From Gammaproteobacteria bacterium (GTDB taxonomy: Bacteria > Pseudomonadota > Gammaproteobacteria > CAJXQU01), in the NCBI GenBank assembly GCA_965238175.1, contig CBDEGZ010000003.1, positions 2,976,001 to 3,040,000 on the forward strand: 64,000 nucleotides of DNA, read 5' to 3'. Positions within the stretch are counted from its first letter, which is position 1. Each line of letters opens with the position of its first letter. Below are positions 51,077 to 62,616 of this stretch, piece after piece. The position numbers and the translations under genes are program-made. The notes under the pieces are model-generated. The model saw only the letters and a program-made list of their open reading frames with translations, had not been told where the DNA came from and did no database searches.

Positions 51077-53491
51077 CTACTGAGGCATGGTGACTACTGT
51101 TTGTGGGAATGGAATTTCAATTCCTGCTTGTCGGAACTTTTGCAAAATACATTTGCGAATTTCACTCGAAACCCTTTTTCGACTTTCGATATTGTCAACA
51201 AAGGCATACAACTGAAAATCGAGCGAGCTCTCACCAAAATCATTGAAATAAACAAAAGGTGCCGGCCAGGAGAGGACTTCTGATCGCTCTCCAGCACATT
51301 CGAGTAACATAGTTTCAACCTGTTCAATATCAGAATCATAAGCAACACCAATTGGAATTTCGATCCGACCAAAGGCACTTTTATGGGTCCAGTTAACCAC
51401 GGCATTCTGTAATAAATCTGCATTTGGAATAATCACGGAAGCGCGACTAAATGTCTCGATCTCAGTCGAGCGAACATTGATCTGCTTAACCTTACCTTCC
51501 AATTCTCCAACAATGACCCAGTCACCCATTTTGATCGGTCGTTCAAATAACAAGATCAAACCTGAAACAAAATTATTAACGATATCCTTTAAACCAAAAC
51601 CAATACCGACAGAAAGTGCACCCGCGATTAGAGCAAGTTTGGTGAGATCAATTCCTAAAGTAGATAGCGCTAACAATAACGCGATCAAAATGCCTACATA
51701 ACTGATACCAGAACTCACAGCCGTTCTTACACCAATATCCATATTGGTTTGTGGAAATAATCTGTTTTCCAGAAATGTCCGAATAACACGAGTTAAGGCA
51801 ACTACGCCAAACAAGACAAAAAAAGCAAGAATCACATCCGCTAGCGAAAAGGTGTATGAACCGATCGAAATACCTGTGAACCAGCCAGAGATCAAGTTGA
51901 CTAAATCCTGATGAGGGAACCTCCACAAGACTAAAAGCAAATAGGCTGCGGCAAGAATTCCAAAAAGATCCAACAAGGTCATAATCCAGAAATTCAATCT
52001 TTTCCCTGTATCTCGATCAAAGGTCAACACTTTTCTCAACGAGTTCGCGACCGAAGTCTCTTTTTCTAACAACAAGAGAAGTGAATCACGGAGGAAAACG
52101 CGCAGTGCTACAAAAATTGCAGCCAATAAGCTCGTTAAGATGATTCTTAGCAGGAGAAAATCAGCAAGATTATGAAAACCTAAAATACTACAAACCAATC
52201 CAGTAAAAGCAACAAAACCCGTCAACAATCGAAGATAAGGCCAAAACCATAACCGTGCAGAATCAACCTCTCCTTCACCCTGAACAATCTCTGGATCAAT
52301 ATTTCCAGACACTCGCCACAACGATCTACCAGATAAAAACAGTAAGATCACCGAAATAAGTGAATTCTTAACGAAAGCATAAATAGAACCAAATTCAGCA
52401 GCTACACCTGTGTCTACGAGCACCAAATCAAACGCAATGCCTATCGCAAGAACAGCGACAAGAAGGTTTAAACGATGAGCTATTTTTCTAGCCGCATTTG
52501 GAGAAACCCAAGTTAAACTCCATTGTGGCATCCGAGGCGAAAATATCGCCCGAACCAACGCTGAACCCATTAAATAAAAAATAACGGCGAAAAATACTCC
52601 TTTCGGCCAAATGAATTGTGGATCCAATACGAACTGCATCCAATAATTCCAAGCAATCCCACACAGAACAGTAAAGATCAGAACTGGAATAATCCCTCGA
52701 CTGATTGTGACACCTATCGCCGCAAAAATTCTATGCCGATACGATGGTGCTTCTATCGCAGCATTTCTCAGAAAGCGATGTAGAGGCCCTTTTCTCATCA
52801 AATATCCAGCTAAAATTGTGAGAAAGATACCTACCACAAGAACAGGTAATATGATTAAAACAGGTGACTTATAACCACCTTCCTGACGTGCTTTTATCAA
52901 CGACTTATAACCATTAAAGAACTGCGCGCCAGCTTTTATCCAAATTCTTGGATCGAGCGGCAAAGGAGCCTGACTAACCAATGTAGAAACCATTTGATCA
53001 ATCTCTACATTCGAGATCTCATGCAACAACAGATCACTGCGTTTACTGATCAAATCGGACTGCTTAGCGTGTCCTTCCGCCTCTCGTAACAACCTCGCCA
53101 GTTTCCGCCTTTCACGTGAGACCTGAGCCGCTTCATCTGGCTCACCGTCCTCAGGTAGCCGCCCTAGTGAATCTACAAGTTTTTTTAGTTCACGTGTCTT
53201 ATCAGACGCATCAAGACTCCTTTTAAGCGCCTCAGTACGAACGGTGTTTATTTGTTCTCGTAAAAGTATTGCAGACTCATCATTAAGACGACTTTTCTTG
53301 ATCAACCCTTCCGCATTATTCAACGTGGTGTTCCACCGTGAATGAACAATGTTGAAACTGGGTTCTGACAAACCTGCATCATCCACCGCTACACTCACTG
53401 AAGAAAAATAAGCAAGTACAAACAAACCGACCAGAATCAGTATTGTTTGTCTACGGAAAGTATTGAAATATGTATGCATAACGTGTATCAA
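51077..53491 (-). CDS. MscS/MscK-family mechanosensitive channel with periplasmic coiled coil
   Basis: GALSVGIGFGLKDIVNNFVSGLILLFERPIKMGDW, GIEIPFPQ. Confidence 0.93.
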   Translation of the reverse strand: MIHVMHTYFNTFRRQTILILVGLFVLAYFSSVSVAVDDAGLSEPSFNIVHSRWNTTLNNAEGLIKKSRLNDESAILLREQINTVRTEALKRSLDASDKTRELKKLVDSLGRLPEDGEPDEAAQVSRERRKLARLLREAEGHAKQSDLISKRSDLLLHEISNVEIDQMVSTLVSQAPLPLDPRIWIKAGAQFFNGYKSLIKARQEGGYKSPVLIILPVLVVGIFLTILAGYLMRKGPLHRFLRNAAIEAPSYRHRIFAAIGVTISRGIIPVLIFTVLCGIAWNYWMQFVLDPQFIWPKGVFFAVIFYLMGSALVRAIFSPRMPQWSLTWVSPNAARKIAHRLNLLVAVLAIGIAFDLVLVDTGVAAEFGSIYAFVKNSLISVILLFLSGRSLWRVSGNIDPEIVQGEGEVDSARLWFWPYLRLLTGFVAFTGLVCSILGFHNLADFLLLRIILTSLLAAIFVALRVFLRDSLLLLLEKETSVANSLRKVLTFDRDTGKRLNFWIMTLLDLFGILAAAYLLLVLWRFPHQDLVNLISGWFTGISIGSYTFSLADVILAFFVLFGVVALTRVIRTFLENRLFPQTNMDIGVRTAVSSGISYVGILIALLLALSTLGIDLTKLALIAGALSVGIGFGLKDIVNNFVSGLILLFERPIKMGDWVIVGELEGKVKQINVRSTEIETFSRASVIIPNADLLQNAVVNWTHKSAFGRIEIPIGVAYDSDIEQVETMLLECAGERSEVLSWPAPFVYFNDFGESSLDFQLYAFVDNIESRKRVSSEIRKCILQKFRQAGIEIPFPQTVVTMPQ

Positions 53492-53606
53492 TAATTACGG
53501 TTGTCTTAAATATAATTACAATTTCACCTTTTTTTAGCCACAATTCAATTCTAAACTAAAGCCAAACTATTTATGCCTGATTTAATGGGACTTACTTCTA
53601 GGATCT

Positions 53607-56600
53607 ATGATGAATAAAGTAAAAATTCTGTTTTCATTCTTTTTGATTGTTGTTTTTAAACTCACTCCGGCCTATTCGGCAGAAGAATTAAAAATCTTAC
53701 GGATCACACCACAAGGTGACAACATTCCTGCCAAACAACAAATTGTTATCGAATTTGATCAAGCCGTTGTTCCTTTAGGAAATATGCAACGAGACACCAA
53801 ACAATTACCCATTAGCATAACACCACAGATAAACTGCCAATGGCGCTGGATGGATACACGCTCACTGGTTTGCCAACTGGATGTTGAAGAAAAACTATCC
53901 CTCGCCACAAAATACTCTATTAAGGTTGAAACAGGCATTACGACTGAGAACGATACAGGAATGAAGTCGTCATATGATCACACCTTTACGACACAACTGC
54001 CCGACATTCATTCCACCTGGTTTCGTACATGGGCGACTCCCGGAACCCCGGTTATCAAAACCAGATTCAATATGCCAGTCACCAAAGCCTCCATCGAAAA
54101 ACATATCTATTTTGAAGCCTCAGGACAACGCTTTGCGATTAAAGCTGAACTCAATCCAGATATGGAAGTTAACCAACACACGGACCTTGAGTTTCAACAG
54201 ATATGGTTACTTTCTCCAAAAGACGAACTACCACTGGATACAGCGATAAAATTAATGACCGAAGCAGGTCTTGTTTCAAATCAAGGAACAACTTTCGGTC
54301 AATCAAGTCGTACTGTTGTCGAATTCCAGACCTTTCCGGAATTTGAATTTCTTGGCGTGAAGTGTTTCTCAACCACTAAACAAAAACAGATATTAATTTC
54401 TGAATCGAATGATTTACCTATATGTAATCCACAAGGCAGCATTACTCTTACTTTCAGCTCTCCCGTTGCGGAACACGCCCTTCGAGACCATTTGATCATT
54501 CAACCAGATCTGACTAATGGTCGGAAAGATTATGATCCCTGGGCTGGTAATTATTTTTATTCCAGACTGACTAGCCCGCACCAAAAAGATCAAAACTACG
54601 ATGTTTATCTTCCTGAAAACTTAAAAGCATTTCAACCTTACAAATTTAGTAGTAAAGATATCCGTGATGAATTTGGTCGCAGGTTAAAATCACCCATCGA
54701 TCTGAATTTTTTTACTGACCATCGACAACCAAATTTAAACCTTGCACACCCAGTGGCCGTATTAGAAAAAGAGATAGACAGCCAATTGCCCGTTTATATC
54801 ACCAACCTGAAGAAACTTGATCTGAACTATTCGATACTTACCTCTAAAGAAACAGCATCTCAACAAAAATCATTAGATGTACCTGATATTGTAGATATTG
54901 CTTTCGCTCATCCGCTCTCTGTTCGCGAAATCCTCAAACAACAATCCGGCATCATTTCTGGAAAGATCTCAATGCATCCAAATCCTCGAGGATATGATCC
55001 AACAGACTTTTTTGTGCAAGTTACCCCTTGGCAAGTTCATGTAAAACTTGGCCATTTTAATTCGTTAGTTTGGGTTATTGATATGGCGACAGGTCAACCT
55101 GTACAAAATGCAAATGTCAGTATTTATGAAGGCACTTTAGATCTAAAAGAACCCAATAAAATAATAGAAAGCGTGATCACAAATGATCAAGGGCTGGCAA
55201 AATTTTCTGGCTTGTTAACACTTGATCCAGATCTGGAATTGATCAATAGCTGGAAGCATGACGCGACAAAATTAATGTTCAAAGTTGAGAAAGATAAAGA
55301 TATCGCGCTATTACCCGCAAAAAATTCCTTCACAGTCTGGGGAAGAGATATCTATCCATGGAACCGCGATCAATTTGGTTATTTGAAAGCTTGGGGAACC
55401 ACAGCACAAGGCGTATATCGCCCCGGTGACACTATTCAATACAAACTCTACGTTCGTGATCAGAATAATCAAACATTGATCAAATCATCTTTCAATGGAC
55501 CAGATACCCTTTGGAGCCTGACGATTACAGATCCAAAAGACAAAGTAGTAAGTGAGATTAAAAATCTGCAGCTTAATGAATTCGGTGCTTACGATAACGA
55601 ACTTTTAATTCCTGAAAATGCCAGTGTTGGTGCTTATAGGTTCACACTCAAAGCGGAAAAAGAAACAAACCAAAACAATCAAGAAAACAAAAACACAAAA
55701 ATAATATTTCAGTCAGATCCACTTACAGTCCTGGTGAGTGATTTCACACCTGCACCTTTTAAAGTCAAAACAGAATTAAATGGAAAAATGTTCCAACCGG
55801 GTGATCAATTAATTGTTTCAACCACAGCACGTCTCCATGCAGGTGGGCCATATACTCAAGCTCAAACTTCAATTTCAGCAGATCTGATCGCTGGCAATTT
55901 TACTTCTAAACATCCCATAGCTAAAGAACTACATTTTGACACTCGATCTGCAAATGGATCCCAATCAGAAGTTATTTTTCAAAAACAGGAATTATTAGAC
56001 GATAAGGGTGATCTAGAAACAGCTATTGATCTCATTGATAAAAATATTATTTATGGAACCGTACGTGTAGAGAGTCGTGTTCAGGATGATCGTGGTAAAA
56101 ATGTCGCTAATCTTGCTAACGCAAAATTCTTCGCTCGCGATCAACTGGTTGGTTTGAAAAACAGTCGTTGGGTATATCAGGAAGAACAACCTGCTGAAAT
56201 ACAATATATGGTCGTTGACAAAGACGGTAATCCTATTACAGATACAGCCGTAAGTCTTATTATTGAGCGTCAAGAAACAAGCGCAGCACGCGTCAAAAGT
56301 GCTGGCAATGCTTATACCACCCGATATATTACTGAATGGGTTCAAGCGTCAACTTGCACTGGCGTTAGTTCTAGCGAGTTAGCCGCCTGTATTTTCACAC
56401 CTGCAGAGCCGGGTAACTATCGGATCACAGCTAATATTAAAGATTCACAAAAGCGGCAACACAATTCTCAAATTTATGCCTGGGTTGTAGGCAAAGGCCA
56501 AGTTTTATGGGAACAACCTAGCAATAATAATTTATCAATTATTCCTGAAAATAATGATCCAAAAATCGGTGACACGGTTCGATATTTAGTTAAAAACCCT

Positions 56601-59414
56601 TACCCCGGTGGCAAGGCGCTGATCACGGTTGAACGTTATGGGATCTTAAAAAGTTGGGTTGAAGATTTTGACGACAGCACAGAAATTGTCGAGTTCGAAG
56701 TTGGGCCAGACTTTATGCCGGGTTTTTATTTATCGGTTAATGTTTTTTCTCCCAGAATTGAACCACCAAAAGAAATAACCTGCGATACTAAAAATACTAA
56801 TTTAGGTCAAGTTGATTTAGGAAAACCAGCTTTCAGTATGGGTTATGTCAGTGTGCCGGTTTCTGATCCTTATAAACAACTTGATGTCTCGATTGAAAGT
56901 AACAAAAAAACTTATAAACCCGGTGAAAACATCGAACTCACATTCTCGGCCCACCCTAAAAATGATGACCAAAAACAAGATGTTGAATTAACCATTGTAG
57001 TACTCGATGAAGCAGTTTTTGATTTAATCAAACAAGGTGATAAATATTTTGATCCTTATAAAGGCTTTTATTCTCTTGAGAGTTTAGATGTTGCGAATTT
57101 TAGTTTATTAACACGCTTAATCGGACGTCAAAACTTTGAGAAAAAAGGTACGAATCCCGGTGGTGATGGCCAAGGTTCAGATAATGTTAGTTTTCGATCC
57201 ATCGATAAATATGTCGGTTATTGGAATCCTTCTTTAATTTTACAACCAGATCAAAAACAAACCATCTCATTCACAGCACCGGATAATTTAACTGGCTGGC
57301 ACGTATTCGCAATGGCGGCAAACAAAACTGATCGTCTTGGTCTCGGTAAAGGAGAGTTTAAAGTCAACAAAGAAATTGAACTGCGTCCAGTAATGCCGAA
57401 TCAAGTTATGCAAGGTGATCAATTTCAAGCGGGGTTTAGTGTTTTAAATAGAACAGATAAAACAAAAGAAATTAATGTTGAAATAAAACTCAGTGGAGAT
57501 AGTGTTGATGGATTTGATAAAAAAAATAATCAACAAAAATCCGTCAGCAAATATTTGACCGTTGAACCATTTAAACGTCAATCTTTCTGGCTGCCTGTTC
57601 AAACTAAATCAGCTGGTAAAATTGTTTTTACTGCGCAAGCAAGATCAGGTTCTGAAACCGACGGATTGAAGCATACTATTCCTGTTCTAAAACGTAGAGT
57701 GTTTGATACCGCAGCCGACTACGGCACATCTATTGATCCGATTACTAAAACAGAAATTTTATTCCCGGAAAAAATTCATAACGACTCTGGTTCTTTAAGC
57801 GTGAACGTATCACCAACCGTTATTGGTAATGTCGATGGTGCATTTAAGTATATGCGCGACTATCCATACAGGTGTTGGGAACAACGTTTGAGTAAAGGCG
57901 TTATGGCAGATCATTTTCAAAGTCTGAAGAATTACCTGCCTGATAATCTACAATGGAACGAGAGCGAAAAACTCGCAGAGAAAATGATTAATGACGCCAC
58001 TAACTTTCAGGCACCGAATGGTGGCATGACATTTTGGATCCCGAAAGATGAATATGTCAGCCCGTACCTAAGTGCTTATACCGCGCTCGCTTTTAACTGG
58101 TTGCGAAATAGCGGCCACAGTATTCCTGATCAAACAGAAGAAAAATTACACGGCTATCTTAATCAATTACTTAAGCACGACGTCATGCCAACCTTTTATG
58201 ATAAAGGAATGGCTTCCACCGTCAGAGCAGTGGCACTAGCCGCACTTTCAAAGCAAGGAAAAACACAATTATCTGATCTGGAACGCTTCCGCGAACATGT
58301 TCCTCAAATGAGTTTGTTCGGCAAAGCACATTATTTGATCGCCGCTAATAATACGCAGGGCGCAGATGAAATTATTACAGATGTTGCGCATATAATCCTT
58401 TCACATGTTGTTCAAAGTACTGGAAAATTTCAGTTCAATGAAGATTTGAGTTCTGCTTATAATCGTATCTTAGCGACACCAATGCGTACGCAATGTTCAA
58501 TCTTGAGTGCCTTAACAGAGACAGCTCAGACCACCGTCGGAAGAAACTTAGTTGGTGAAATTCCATTCAAAATTGTCAGAGCTATAACTCAAGGGCGAGG
58601 AGCTCGAGATCACTGGCAAAACACTCAAGAAAATATGTTCTGCATGAATGCACTCAGCGAATATAGCCGCGTTTATGAAGCAAAATCCTCAGCAATGCTC
58701 ATAAAAGCAACGCTCGACGATGAGCTATTAGGCGTTTCCAAATTTGAAAACAAACGTTCAACTGAAATGAGTTTTGTCCATGAGATCAATAATAATGATC
58801 TCGGTAGAAAAGCGACTATCACACTCGAAAAAGAAGGTTCTGGTCGAGTCTATTACACCACACAATTGCAATATGCCTTACTCGACAGTGAAGCAGAACG
58901 GCTAAATTCTGGCATTGAAATTCGACGTGAATATAGTATTAAACGAAATGATACATGGGAGCAATTAAATACGTCGAAAGCAGCCATGCAAATTAAACGC
59001 GGCGACCTAGTACGTGTCGACCTATTTGTAAACCTTCCAACAGCACGTAACTATGTCGTCATTGATGATCCCGTTCCGGGAGGGTTAGAACCTGTTAATC
59101 GTGATCTGGCAACCACCTCTGTCTTCGATGCTGAAGCTGGAGAATTTCAAGCCTCTGACGGTTCTTTCTGGTTTGAAAAAGACGATTGGCAAGATTATAA
59201 CTATTCTAGATGGAGTTTTTATCATCAAGAAATGCGTCACGATTCTGTTCGATTTTATTCAGATTATCTCAGCCCTGGCAATTATCACCTAAGCTACACC
59301 GCCCAAGCGATTGCGTCAGGGACTTTTTCAGTCTTACCGGCAAAAACAGAAGAGATGTATGATCCCGATATTTATGGAAGAAGTTTGCCAGCGACGTTGG
59401 AAGTATTAGATTAG
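53607..59414 (+). CDS. bacterial alpha-2-macroglobulin
   Basis: 1935 aa, GVYRPGD, APDNLTGW, thioester motif YPYRCWEQ, EEMYDP; followed by pbpC. Confidence 0.95.
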   Translation: MMNKVKILFSFFLIVVFKLTPAYSAEELKILRITPQGDNIPAKQQIVIEFDQAVVPLGNMQRDTKQLPISITPQINCQWRWMDTRSLVCQLDVEEKLSLATKYSIKVETGITTENDTGMKSSYDHTFTTQLPDIHSTWFRTWATPGTPVIKTRFNMPVTKASIEKHIYFEASGQRFAIKAELNPDMEVNQHTDLEFQQIWLLSPKDELPLDTAIKLMTEAGLVSNQGTTFGQSSRTVVEFQTFPEFEFLGVKCFSTTKQKQILISESNDLPICNPQGSITLTFSSPVAEHALRDHLIIQPDLTNGRKDYDPWAGNYFYSRLTSPHQKDQNYDVYLPENLKAFQPYKFSSKDIRDEFGRRLKSPIDLNFFTDHRQPNLNLAHPVAVLEKEIDSQLPVYITNLKKLDLNYSILTSKETASQQKSLDVPDIVDIAFAHPLSVREILKQQSGIISGKISMHPNPRGYDPTDFFVQVTPWQVHVKLGHFNSLVWVIDMATGQPVQNANVSIYEGTLDLKEPNKIIESVITNDQGLAKFSGLLTLDPDLELINSWKHDATKLMFKVEKDKDIALLPAKNSFTVWGRDIYPWNRDQFGYLKAWGTTAQGVYRPGDTIQYKLYVRDQNNQTLIKSSFNGPDTLWSLTITDPKDKVVSEIKNLQLNEFGAYDNELLIPENASVGAYRFTLKAEKETNQNNQENKNTKIIFQSDPLTVLVSDFTPAPFKVKTELNGKMFQPGDQLIVSTTARLHAGGPYTQAQTSISADLIAGNFTSKHPIAKELHFDTRSANGSQSEVIFQKQELLDDKGDLETAIDLIDKNIIYGTVRVESRVQDDRGKNVANLANAKFFARDQLVGLKNSRWVYQEEQPAEIQYMVVDKDGNPITDTAVSLIIERQETSAARVKSAGNAYTTRYITEWVQASTCTGVSSSELAACIFTPAEPGNYRITANIKDSQKRQHNSQIYAWVVGKGQVLWEQPSNNNLSIIPENNDPKIGDTVRYLVKNPYPGGKALITVERYGILKSWVEDFDDSTEIVEFEVGPDFMPGFYLSVNVFSPRIEPPKEITCDTKNTNLGQVDLGKPAFSMGYVSVPVSDPYKQLDVSIESNKKTYKPGENIELTFSAHPKNDDQKQDVELTIVVLDEAVFDLIKQGDKYFDPYKGFYSLESLDVANFSLLTRLIGRQNFEKKGTNPGGDGQGSDNVSFRSIDKYVGYWNPSLILQPDQKQTISFTAPDNLTGWHVFAMAANKTDRLGLGKGEFKVNKEIELRPVMPNQVMQGDQFQAGFSVLNRTDKTKEINVEIKLSGDSVDGFDKKNNQQKSVSKYLTVEPFKRQSFWLPVQTKSAGKIVFTAQARSGSETDGLKHTIPVLKRRVFDTAADYGTSIDPITKTEILFPEKIHNDSGSLSVNVSPTVIGNVDGAFKYMRDYPYRCWEQRLSKGVMADHFQSLKNYLPDNLQWNESEKLAEKMINDATNFQAPNGGMTFWIPKDEYVSPYLSAYTALAFNWLRNSGHSIPDQTEEKLHGYLNQLLKHDVMPTFYDKGMASTVRAVALAALSKQGKTQLSDLERFREHVPQMSLFGKAHYLIAANNTQGADEIITDVAHIILSHVVQSTGKFQFNEDLSSAYNRILATPMRTQCSILSALTETAQTTVGRNLVGEIPFKIVRAITQGRGARDHWQNTQENMFCMNALSEYSRVYEAKSSAMLIKATLDDELLGVSKFENKRSTEMSFVHEINNNDLGRKATITLEKEGSGRVYYTTQLQYALLDSEAERLNSGIEIRREYSIKRNDTWEQLNTSKAAMQIKRGDLVRVDLFVNLPTARNYVVIDDPVPGGLEPVNRDLATTSVFDAEAGEFQASDGSFWFEKDDWQDYNYSRWSFYHQEMRHDSVRFYSDYLSPGNYHLSYTAQAIASGTFSVLPAKTEEMYDPDIYGRSLPATLEVLD

Positions 59415-59417
59415 ATC

Positions 59418-61601
59418 ATGAAATTATTTGCTAGCGCTATAATCGCTTTTCTTTTCACACTAATAACTATAGCTGTACAGACATATACTGATCTGCAAGA
59501 TATCCCAACGACACTCAATCTCACCGAATCGACGATCCAAAAACCACAACTGTTAGATCGTCATCTAAAACCGATCACGATTACTTATAAAAACTATTGG
59601 AACCTGCATGATATTGTTCCTCTGCATAAAGTTCCGGAATTTCTAAAGCAAGCATTTATTATTTCGGAAGATAAACGTTTTTATAATCATCATGGACCGG
59701 ATTGGGCTGCGCGTGCACATGCGCTTTGGCAAAATATTTTTGCCATGAGTAATGTGCGTGGTGCAAGCACCATCAGCGAACAAACGATCAAAATGTTACA
59801 TCCTCGACCAAGAACCATCTGGACACGTTGGCTGGAAGGGTTTGAAGCCGCTCAATTAGAAAAAAGATTTAGTAAAAATGAAATCCTGGAATTTTATCTC
59901 AATCAAGTCCCCTACTCCGCTCAACGACGGGGCGTCACTCAAGCTGCTCGTTATTATTTTGATCGCGACTTAGAAACGTTAAACTATCAGGAAATGATGA
60001 CTATTGCTGTACTCGTTAGAGCACCTTCCAGACTCGATCCGATCAAGAATCCAGATGTTGTAAAACCAGCTGTCAAACGATTAGCAAAACTTATGAACAA
60101 ATCGATAAGTTGGTCGAATACAACTTCGCAACAAGAGTCAGGTTCGATCAAAGCCAGTCATTTTGCAAGTTATATCTATAAACAAAATAATGAAAGCCGA
60201 AAAACAAAAACACGCAAGATTAAGACTACCCTTGATCGAAACCTGCAACAGGTTACGCAACAAATTCTTGAACAAAGGATTATTGATCTAAAAAATAGCA
60301 ATGTGAAAAACGGCGCAGTTTTAATTATCGATCATAAAACAAATGAAGTTCTCAGTTGGGTTGTCGCCGGAGATAGTCAAGCAGAATATCCTGGTGGTGG
60401 CATTGATGCTGTCACGACACCAAGACAACCTGGTTCTACATTAAAACCATTACTTTACACACTTGCGCTTGAACATGGTTTTACTGCAGCCACACTGATT
60501 GATGACCGTTCTCTGAGCGAATCAGTTGGGTTTGGCCAACATACCTACCGCAACTACAGTCGCCGGCATTATGGATTGATTTCCGTACGTGAAGCTTTAG
60601 GAAATTCCCTCAATATTCCTGCGGTTAAAACCTTACAAAAAGTCGGTACAGAAAATTTTTTAAATATACTTCATCAATTAGGAATGTCTAGTTTACAGAA
60701 ACATCCTGACTTATACGGTGATGGGCTGGCATTAGGTAATGGCGAGATCACACTTTATGAACTGGTTCAGGCATACACCACGCTTGCAAGACAAGGTAAT
60801 TACAAACCATTATCGGTCAATAGAGATAAATATTATGATCACAAAAACAAAAACATATTCACGCCAGAATCTACATCTCTAATTGCAAATATTCTTTCTG
60901 ATCCAAAAGCCAGAAGACGAGAGTTTGGAACAGGTGGGTTATTAAACTTTCCAATTCAAACCGCAGTAAAAACAGGCACTTCTAATGATTACCGCGATGC
61001 ATGGGCGGTTGGTTATGATCATCATCATACAGTTGGTGTCTGGATGGGAAATATGGATAGAACCGGTATGAAAGAAATTACCGGATCAATTGGCCCAGCA
61101 TTTGTGCTTCGTTCTGTTTTTTCAGAACTTAATAAACATAAAAAACCCCAGGCGCTTTTTTTTAGTCCAAAATTAGTCAACGCTGAAGTATGTACAGAAA
61201 ATGGTTTACCATTCTCATTAGAAAATAAAAATTGCACGACTATTAACGAATGGTTTATCCCCGGAACGATACCAGAAAATATTCCCGAACTAAATCCAAA
61301 GTCTCAACAAAAAATTGTCATAAAGAATGATCATAAAATCAGAATTCAACAACCAAGTCCAAATCTACAAATAGCCATGGATCCCAGAATTCCTGATCAT
61401 AAAGAAAAATTCATATTTTCTTTAAATAATCCAAATGAAAATCGAAAGGTGAAATGGATACTTAATGATAAATTACTAGCTGAAACAGAAGATTATAATT
61501 ACCAATGGAAATTGGAAAAAGGATCGCATCAACTGCAAGCTGAAGCTTCAATAAACGGCCAATATATCAAGACACCATTAGTAAAATTTTTAGTAAAGTA
61601 A
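59418..61601 (+). CDS. pbpC: penicillin-binding protein 1C
   Basis: EDKRFYNHHG and GASTI transglycosylase motifs; STLK, SLN, KTG transpeptidase motifs; downstream of A2M. Confidence 0.92.
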   Translation: MKLFASAIIAFLFTLITIAVQTYTDLQDIPTTLNLTESTIQKPQLLDRHLKPITITYKNYWNLHDIVPLHKVPEFLKQAFIISEDKRFYNHHGPDWAARAHALWQNIFAMSNVRGASTISEQTIKMLHPRPRTIWTRWLEGFEAAQLEKRFSKNEILEFYLNQVPYSAQRRGVTQAARYYFDRDLETLNYQEMMTIAVLVRAPSRLDPIKNPDVVKPAVKRLAKLMNKSISWSNTTSQQESGSIKASHFASYIYKQNNESRKTKTRKIKTTLDRNLQQVTQQILEQRIIDLKNSNVKNGAVLIIDHKTNEVLSWVVAGDSQAEYPGGGIDAVTTPRQPGSTLKPLLYTLALEHGFTAATLIDDRSLSESVGFGQHTYRNYSRRHYGLISVREALGNSLNIPAVKTLQKVGTENFLNILHQLGMSSLQKHPDLYGDGLALGNGEITLYELVQAYTTLARQGNYKPLSVNRDKYYDHKNKNIFTPESTSLIANILSDPKARRREFGTGGLLNFPIQTAVKTGTSNDYRDAWAVGYDHHHTVGVWMGNMDRTGMKEITGSIGPAFVLRSVFSELNKHKKPQALFFSPKLVNAEVCTENGLPFSLENKNCTTINEWFIPGTIPENIPELNPKSQQKIVIKNDHKIRIQQPSPNLQIAMDPRIPDHKEKFIFSLNNPNENRKVKWILNDKLLAETEDYNYQWKLEKGSHQLQAEASINGQYIKTPLVKFLVK

Positions 61602-61976
61602 GAACTACTCTACAATGAAAATAAAACTGATCCTTCCTCCATTAACTGAAGCCCCCCCCTTATTGGCGACCAATAAAATATTCACTATTTCCACCACTCG
61701 GTTTAAGCAACCTTAACAACCTATCTATATCTAGATCCAAGTGACAAAGCCCCTGCAGATCAACACATGGAAAAACTATTTCTTAATGACAAATCAGGTT
61801 TGGTAATAATACAGGCCTGTGCTTCCAATCTACTTCACGGCAATGAAGCCACGGTAATCGGAATAGGATGTGGAGTAGATGTTTTAAATAATGAAATAGT
61901 GTTTATACTTGACAAAATTAATTTATATAAAACAAAATTAACAGACAATCTTAACCACTAAACTTAAAACTACAAA

Positions 61977-62396
61977 ATGAACACTACCTCAACTTATAAT
62001 ACCGGATTTATCTCTGTTGGAATAATGATATTTATATTTGTAATTATTCCTTCTTACCTCATCATAAAAAACAAATCCTACAAAACGCTTAAAATAACTT
62101 CTTTTATATTGTTTGTTACAATGACAATTCTTAGTATAGGAGCCTATATTACAGGCGGTTTATTAAATTCTTTTATTGCTTTATTTAGTGGTCCTGCCTT
62201 AATTATTGGAATCTATTACCTACTAATATATCTTTTTACACAGCTACAATACACTCGTAAAACAATATCAGTTTTCCCCTTGTATGTACTTCTTTTTTTA
62301 TTGTTTTCCCCGATTGTTTATATAGTTATAGATTTTGAGGGATTTATTAATTTATCAATTTTTGACTTAGTAACTCCAGAGATTGATATGAAATAA
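61977..62396 (+). CDS. hypothetical 4-TM membrane protein
   Basis: 139-aa very AT-rich hydrophobic ORF. Confidence 0.6.
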   Translation: MNTTSTYNTGFISVGIMIFIFVIIPSYLIIKNKSYKTLKITSFILFVTMTILSIGAYITGGLLNSFIALFSGPALIIGIYYLLIYLFTQLQYTRKTISVFPLYVLLFLLFSPIVYIVIDFEGFINLSIFDLVTPEIDMK

Positions 62397-62616
62397 ATTT
62401 AATAGCATTGAACCAAAGATGATAAAACCTGACAATAACCATTTTTTTCATAATGAAAGATTTCAATAAAAAAATTAGCAAAAAGTTAGTACAACGAACT
62501 GATTCGCTCACTGCATAATTTAATTACACTTAATGATCCGAAACCACGTTTTTTTGGTGTACTCTAACCCTATTGATTTTTCGCTTCGCTCAATTCAGTA
62601 AAGATGTGAATTTTCC

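Noticed and set aside
62500-62616. TTCGCTCA / TTCGCTTCGCTCA words and CTAAC suggesting an integron attC site
   Set aside because: No matching GTTRRRY end or convincing attC hairpin, and no integrase in the window.
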